Source of the DNA: a virus
IMG/VR virus record: IMGVR_UViG_3300045125_000140
Span: 25,214-89,213 of that record
DNA: 64,000 bases
Direction: 5' to 3' (one strand)
This document shows positions 61,213-64,000 of the stretch, piece after piece; within the stretch, counting starts at the first letter, position 1; every line of letters starts with the position of its first letter. A program made the position numbers and the translations under genes. The notes beneath the pieces were generated by a model that worked only from the letters and a program-made list of their open reading frames with translations, had not been told where the DNA came from and searched no databases.

Positions 61213-61664
61213 TTGCGCCGGGTTGTCTACTACGACAACCGGGTAACTGAAGAAATGGTTTCGCACGCGCTCCGGCACCCTTACGAAGAAATTTGTGGGG
61301 TGCTGGAGGGCAAATATCTTAGCCCCGAGGGAGCAATCTCTCGGGGTGAAGATTTCATCGTGCGAGTCACCGCATACTACCCGGTTAAAAATACGGCTTC
61401 CGACAAGCTCGGCGGGTTCACTATGGATCCGTACGAGACAAAAGCGGCGTGGGACGCGATCATTGAACGCGGTAACCACGTTGTCGGCTGCTACCACAGC
61501 CATCCATTATGGTCGTCGAAGTTCTCGGCCATCGATCTAAGAGAAGCAAAAATGCAGGCGGATGAGCTACTGTGGCTCATCTATGGAAAAAGGACGATCG
61601 CATCTCCGCGTTTGTCTTGGACAAGGATCGAATCAACCTTGTGGAATTGGAGGTGGATGTATGA
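61213..61664 (+). CDS. JAB/MPN+ metallopeptidase; indel near 61590
   Basis: EEICGVL and YHSHP...SAID; the corrected frame ends ...LVELEVDV* overlapping the E1 ATG. Confidence 0.85.
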
Positions 61665-62257
61665 AGAATATGCACATCGTGGGCTGCGGCGGAATCGGCT
61701 CGTACTTCTGCGGCGAAGTCGACCGGCTCGTAAAGACGCAGCAGCTCAAGGACTTGATGGTCACTATCTGGGATGGTGACGACGTCGAGCTCAAAAACCT
61801 CACGTATCAAAACTTCAGCGAAAACGAGGTCTACGCCAACAAGGCGGCTACGCTCGGTCGCAGATATCAGCTAAACTCGGCTCAGAGCCGGGTGGAAGAC
61901 TTTGATAAGCCCCCGATCAACGACGCCACTATCATCGTTTTGTGCGTCGATAACGTCAAAACTCGAAAAGCGTTTTTCGAAAGCCGCCTCTTCGAGAGGG
62001 TGCAGTGGATCGATCTCCGGTCGCAGGGCCGCGCGGTGGCGTACTACTGCTCTTCGAAAATGACCACTCGGGAGTTCATGCTCTCGACTCTTCCGGAAAA
62101 ACAGGAGGAGGGTACCGGCTCCTGCCAGTACGCTACAGATATTCTGAACAATCGTATCGAGAACGGCAACAAGATCGTTGCCGCTATCGGCGCGCAAGTG
62201 CTCTTAAATCTTGTTCGAAAAGAACAACTGGTTTCGAACTACATCCACGAGTTCTAA
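61661..62257 (+). CDS. ThiF/E1-like adenylating enzyme
   Basis: IVGCGGIGS, WDGDDVELKNLTYQNF, NKA, LCVDN, WIDLRSQG and GSCQ. Confidence 0.88.
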   Translation: MKNMHIVGCGGIGSYFCGEVDRLVKTQQLKDLMVTIWDGDDVELKNLTYQNFSENEVYANKAATLGRRYQLNSAQSRVEDFDKPPINDATIIVLCVDNVKTRKAFFESRLFERVQWIDLRSQGRAVAYYCSSKMTTREFMLSTLPEKQEEGTGSCQYATDILNNRIENGNKIVAAIGAQVLLNLVRKEQLVSNYIHEF

Positions 62258-62267
62258 ACTACTAACG

Positions 62268-62536
62268 GTGAAGAACGAGATCAGGGAGTACATCAAGCAG
62301 CATAAAACGGATAAACCGTGTTTTGATTGCGGCAAGGTGTACCCCTGGTACGTTATGGATTATGATCACTTGGAAGGGAAACGGTTTAATATCGGCAGCG
62401 CTAGAAAGACCGTTCCCTCGATATCATCAAGAAGGAAATACGGAAGTGTCAAGTGGTTTGCGCTAACTGCCACCGAGAGCGTACTTATCAAAGGCAGCAA
62501 AAAAAGAAAAACCCTCTTGACTCGATATCCGAGTGA
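62268..62536 (+). CDS. HNH endonuclease-like protein; frameshift near 62418
   Basis: PCFDCG...MDYDHL, then EIRKCQVVCANCHRERT in the shifted frame. Confidence 0.7.
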
Positions 62537-62542
62537 TATAAT
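62517..62542 (+). promoter_or_regulatory. Sigma-70-type extended -10 promoter
   Basis: TGATATAAT at 62534-62542; TTGACT upstream at short spacing; ACTCG/CGAGT inverted repeat between them. Confidence 0.45.
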
Positions 62543-62590
62543 AATTCCGACGTGGATTGGGTTTTGTTAACTCGGACCTGAGGAAATGAG

Positions 62591-62776
62591 ATGGCCAGAA
62601 AGTTCGAAGTGTCCTTATGGGTAGAAGTATCCATGGACGTAAACGCCGAAACTCACGAAGACGCTGAAGCGCGGGCGCTCTCTAAGCTGGAGAACGCCGC
62701 GACGCATGCCGGCATAAAGATACGGGATGCCGGGCAGCCGACGTCTACGGAGCACACGCCAGAAAAGAAACGGTGA
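62591..62776 (+). CDS. Small hypothetical protein
   Basis: 61 aa with VNAETHEDAEARA. Confidence 0.6.
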   Translation: MARKFEVSLWVEVSMDVNAETHEDAEARALSKLENAATHAGIKIRDAGQPTSTEHTPEKKR

Positions 62777-62817
62777 GTGCGGGGAGCTGGACTAACCTCC
62801 AGCTCCCATCCCCTCCT

Positions 62818-62891
62818 CGGCCTTTAGCTCAGTTGGTTAGAGCCGACGTCTTATACACGTCTGGTCCCCGGTTCGAGTCCGGGAAGGCCGA
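62818..62891 (+). tRNA. tRNA-Ile(UAU)
   Basis: CGGCCTT/AAGGCCG acceptor stem, TAGCTCAGTTGGTTAGAGC, GACGT-CTTATAC-ACGTC and CCCGG-TTCGAGT-CCGGG. Confidence 0.88.
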
Positions 62892-62892
62892 T

Positions 62893-63597
62893 ATGCGCGA
62901 GCAAGTAATGGCGGCGGTGGCTAGAATTGTTCCTGAGATCACAGCCGCTTGCAAAGAAAAATATGGAAGATGCGCACCGCCCGATGAGGTAATAGAAACG
63001 GTAACCAATCTTATCGTGAATTGGTTGCCCTCATTTGGTGCGATTAAAAAGGTTGAAGGAAAACCTCTGGAAAACCTGGGCGAACGTGTTCGCGAATTTC
63101 TTACGAAAGACGGCGCTCCGTATACACTGTCCGAAAAGCAGGTTGCCGAATTAGCGGCTCTCGGTGTTTCGGTAAACAGGGTGCGTATGGACGCGTCATC
63201 TGTGCGGGCCTGGAATACGGATAAGTATCGCTACGACCCGTCTGACGCAAAGCCTCTCCCTGACAACTCGGCGCTCGGAGACGTCGTCAAGGCTTTGCAA
63301 GCGGCAAAAACAATCTCTCCGGAAAACTTAAGGTCAGCTGTCCCATTTACGGTCAAGGGACGCAAGCAAAACAAATACGTCATTATCAAAGAAGACATGA
63401 CGTTTGAGTGCTCAAACAAGCCCCAGGAAGGGGACATGACCATTTTGGGTGAAAGGCTCTGGCCGAGCTTAGTAGCTCTAGACGATACTAAAGCGTTTTG
63501 GAAGGTCGGCATGTGTCCGACCGGACGCTTACTTGTTATCACCGACGGCGTCACTATAAGTGCCGTATCTGTGTTACGGGAGAAAACACATGAATAA
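62893..63597 (+). CDS. Hypothetical protein (true start after the tRNA)
   Basis: ORF-track start 62773 runs through the tRNA; the ATG at 62893 gives MREQVMAAV. Confidence 0.65.
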   Translation: MREQVMAAVARIVPEITAACKEKYGRCAPPDEVIETVTNLIVNWLPSFGAIKKVEGKPLENLGERVREFLTKDGAPYTLSEKQVAELAALGVSVNRVRMDASSVRAWNTDKYRYDPSDAKPLPDNSALGDVVKALQAAKTISPENLRSAVPFTVKGRKQNKYVIIKEDMTFECSNKPQEGDMTILGERLWPSLVALDDTKAFWKVGMCPTGRLLVITDGVTISAVSVLREKTHE

Positions 63598-63802
63598 AGA
63601 GATTGAAGAACGCGTCAACTTGCTTTACCGGAAAAAGAAAGTTATTGAAAACAAAATCAATAGCTACCTGATATTTCTAAAAAACAACCCCAATGATTCG
63701 TTTCAAAACGACTACAGGAAGATGATTGACGATCTGGAAGAGAGGCTCGCCAAAACGGACGAGATACTGGCTAATATTAAAGAGCTATGCAAACCTTCCT
63801 GA
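63590..63802 (+). CDS. Small coiled-coil protein
   Basis: GGGAG RBS; starts MNKEIEERV. Confidence 0.6.
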   Translation: MNKEIEERVNLLYRKKKVIENKINSYLIFLKNNPNDSFQNDYRKMIDDLEERLAKTDEILANIKELCKPS

Positions 63803-64000
63803 TAAGTCGATCGTTCCTGGTTACGGCGCAAGCTCTCGACGATAAACGTCTAGGCAAGCAACGCGTCGAAACCTTGCAAATCTTAAACACACTCACTGGA
63901 AAATCTAAGGGATGGGTAAACCATCCTGCCGTTAAAATGTGGAAAGGGCACGAAGGTGCTCTGATACGTTACGGCGAGGCTATGATAGGTGAGTGGCGGC
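63787..64000 (+). CDS. Pyrimidine-dimer DNA glycosylase (endonuclease V-like), partial
   Basis: MQTFL...LDDKRLGKQRVETLQI...GWVNHPAVKMWKGHE; runs off the window. Confidence 0.85.
   Translation, partial: MQTFLISRSFLVTAQALDDKRLGKQRVETLQILNTLTGKSKGWVNHPAVKMWKGHEGALIRYGEAMIGEWR

Noticed and set aside
61001-62257. ThiS/ThiF or MoaD/MoeB cofactor biosynthesis genes
   Set aside because: No thiG, thiE or moaE-type partners are in the window and the context is a phage RT operon. Sulfur relay is kept only as an alternative.
62773-62892. N-terminal 40 codons of ORF 62773..63597
   Set aside because: They overlap a well-formed tRNA-Ile; the ATG at 62893 is the more plausible start.
1-64000. Stop-codon reassignment as the cause of broken genes
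   Set aside because: The breaks I traced are frame changes and not in-frame stops. TAA, TAG and TGA all end intact genes, and no suppressor tRNA was seen.

Overview
This window looks like part of a large (jumbo-type) tailed phage genome, probably a myovirus of a Gram-negative host. The sequence has many single-base indels that split genes, so several ORF-track entries are merged here. The minus strand carries virion and late genes: a baseplate J-like protein, a gp25-like wedge protein, hub and tail proteins, a tape-measure-like gene, tail chaperones, an Ig-repeat protein, holin and spanin candidates, and a sigma-70 factor. It also carries more than 20 small ORFs sharing an N-terminal peptide tag F-E-x-G-F-F-D-E-L-x-K-[IL]-A. 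The plus strand carries islands opened by a conserved 16-bp motif, G(G/T)CATAAGAA(T/G)AATAG, in 8 copies, most followed at once by a 5' hairpin. These islands hold single-gene cassettes, a MoxR AAA+/VWA pair, an ECF sigma factor, four tRNAs (Lys-UUU, Leu-UAA, Arg-UCU, Ile-UAU), two large structured non-coding regions and an anticodon-less mini-tRNA. The most striking locus (56.2-62.3 kb) is a coupled operon: retron-type reverse transcriptase, a ~1,200-aa unknown protein, a ubiquitin-like protein ending in GG, a JAB peptidase and a ThiF/E1 enzyme. All family calls come from motifs read by eye; no searches were run.
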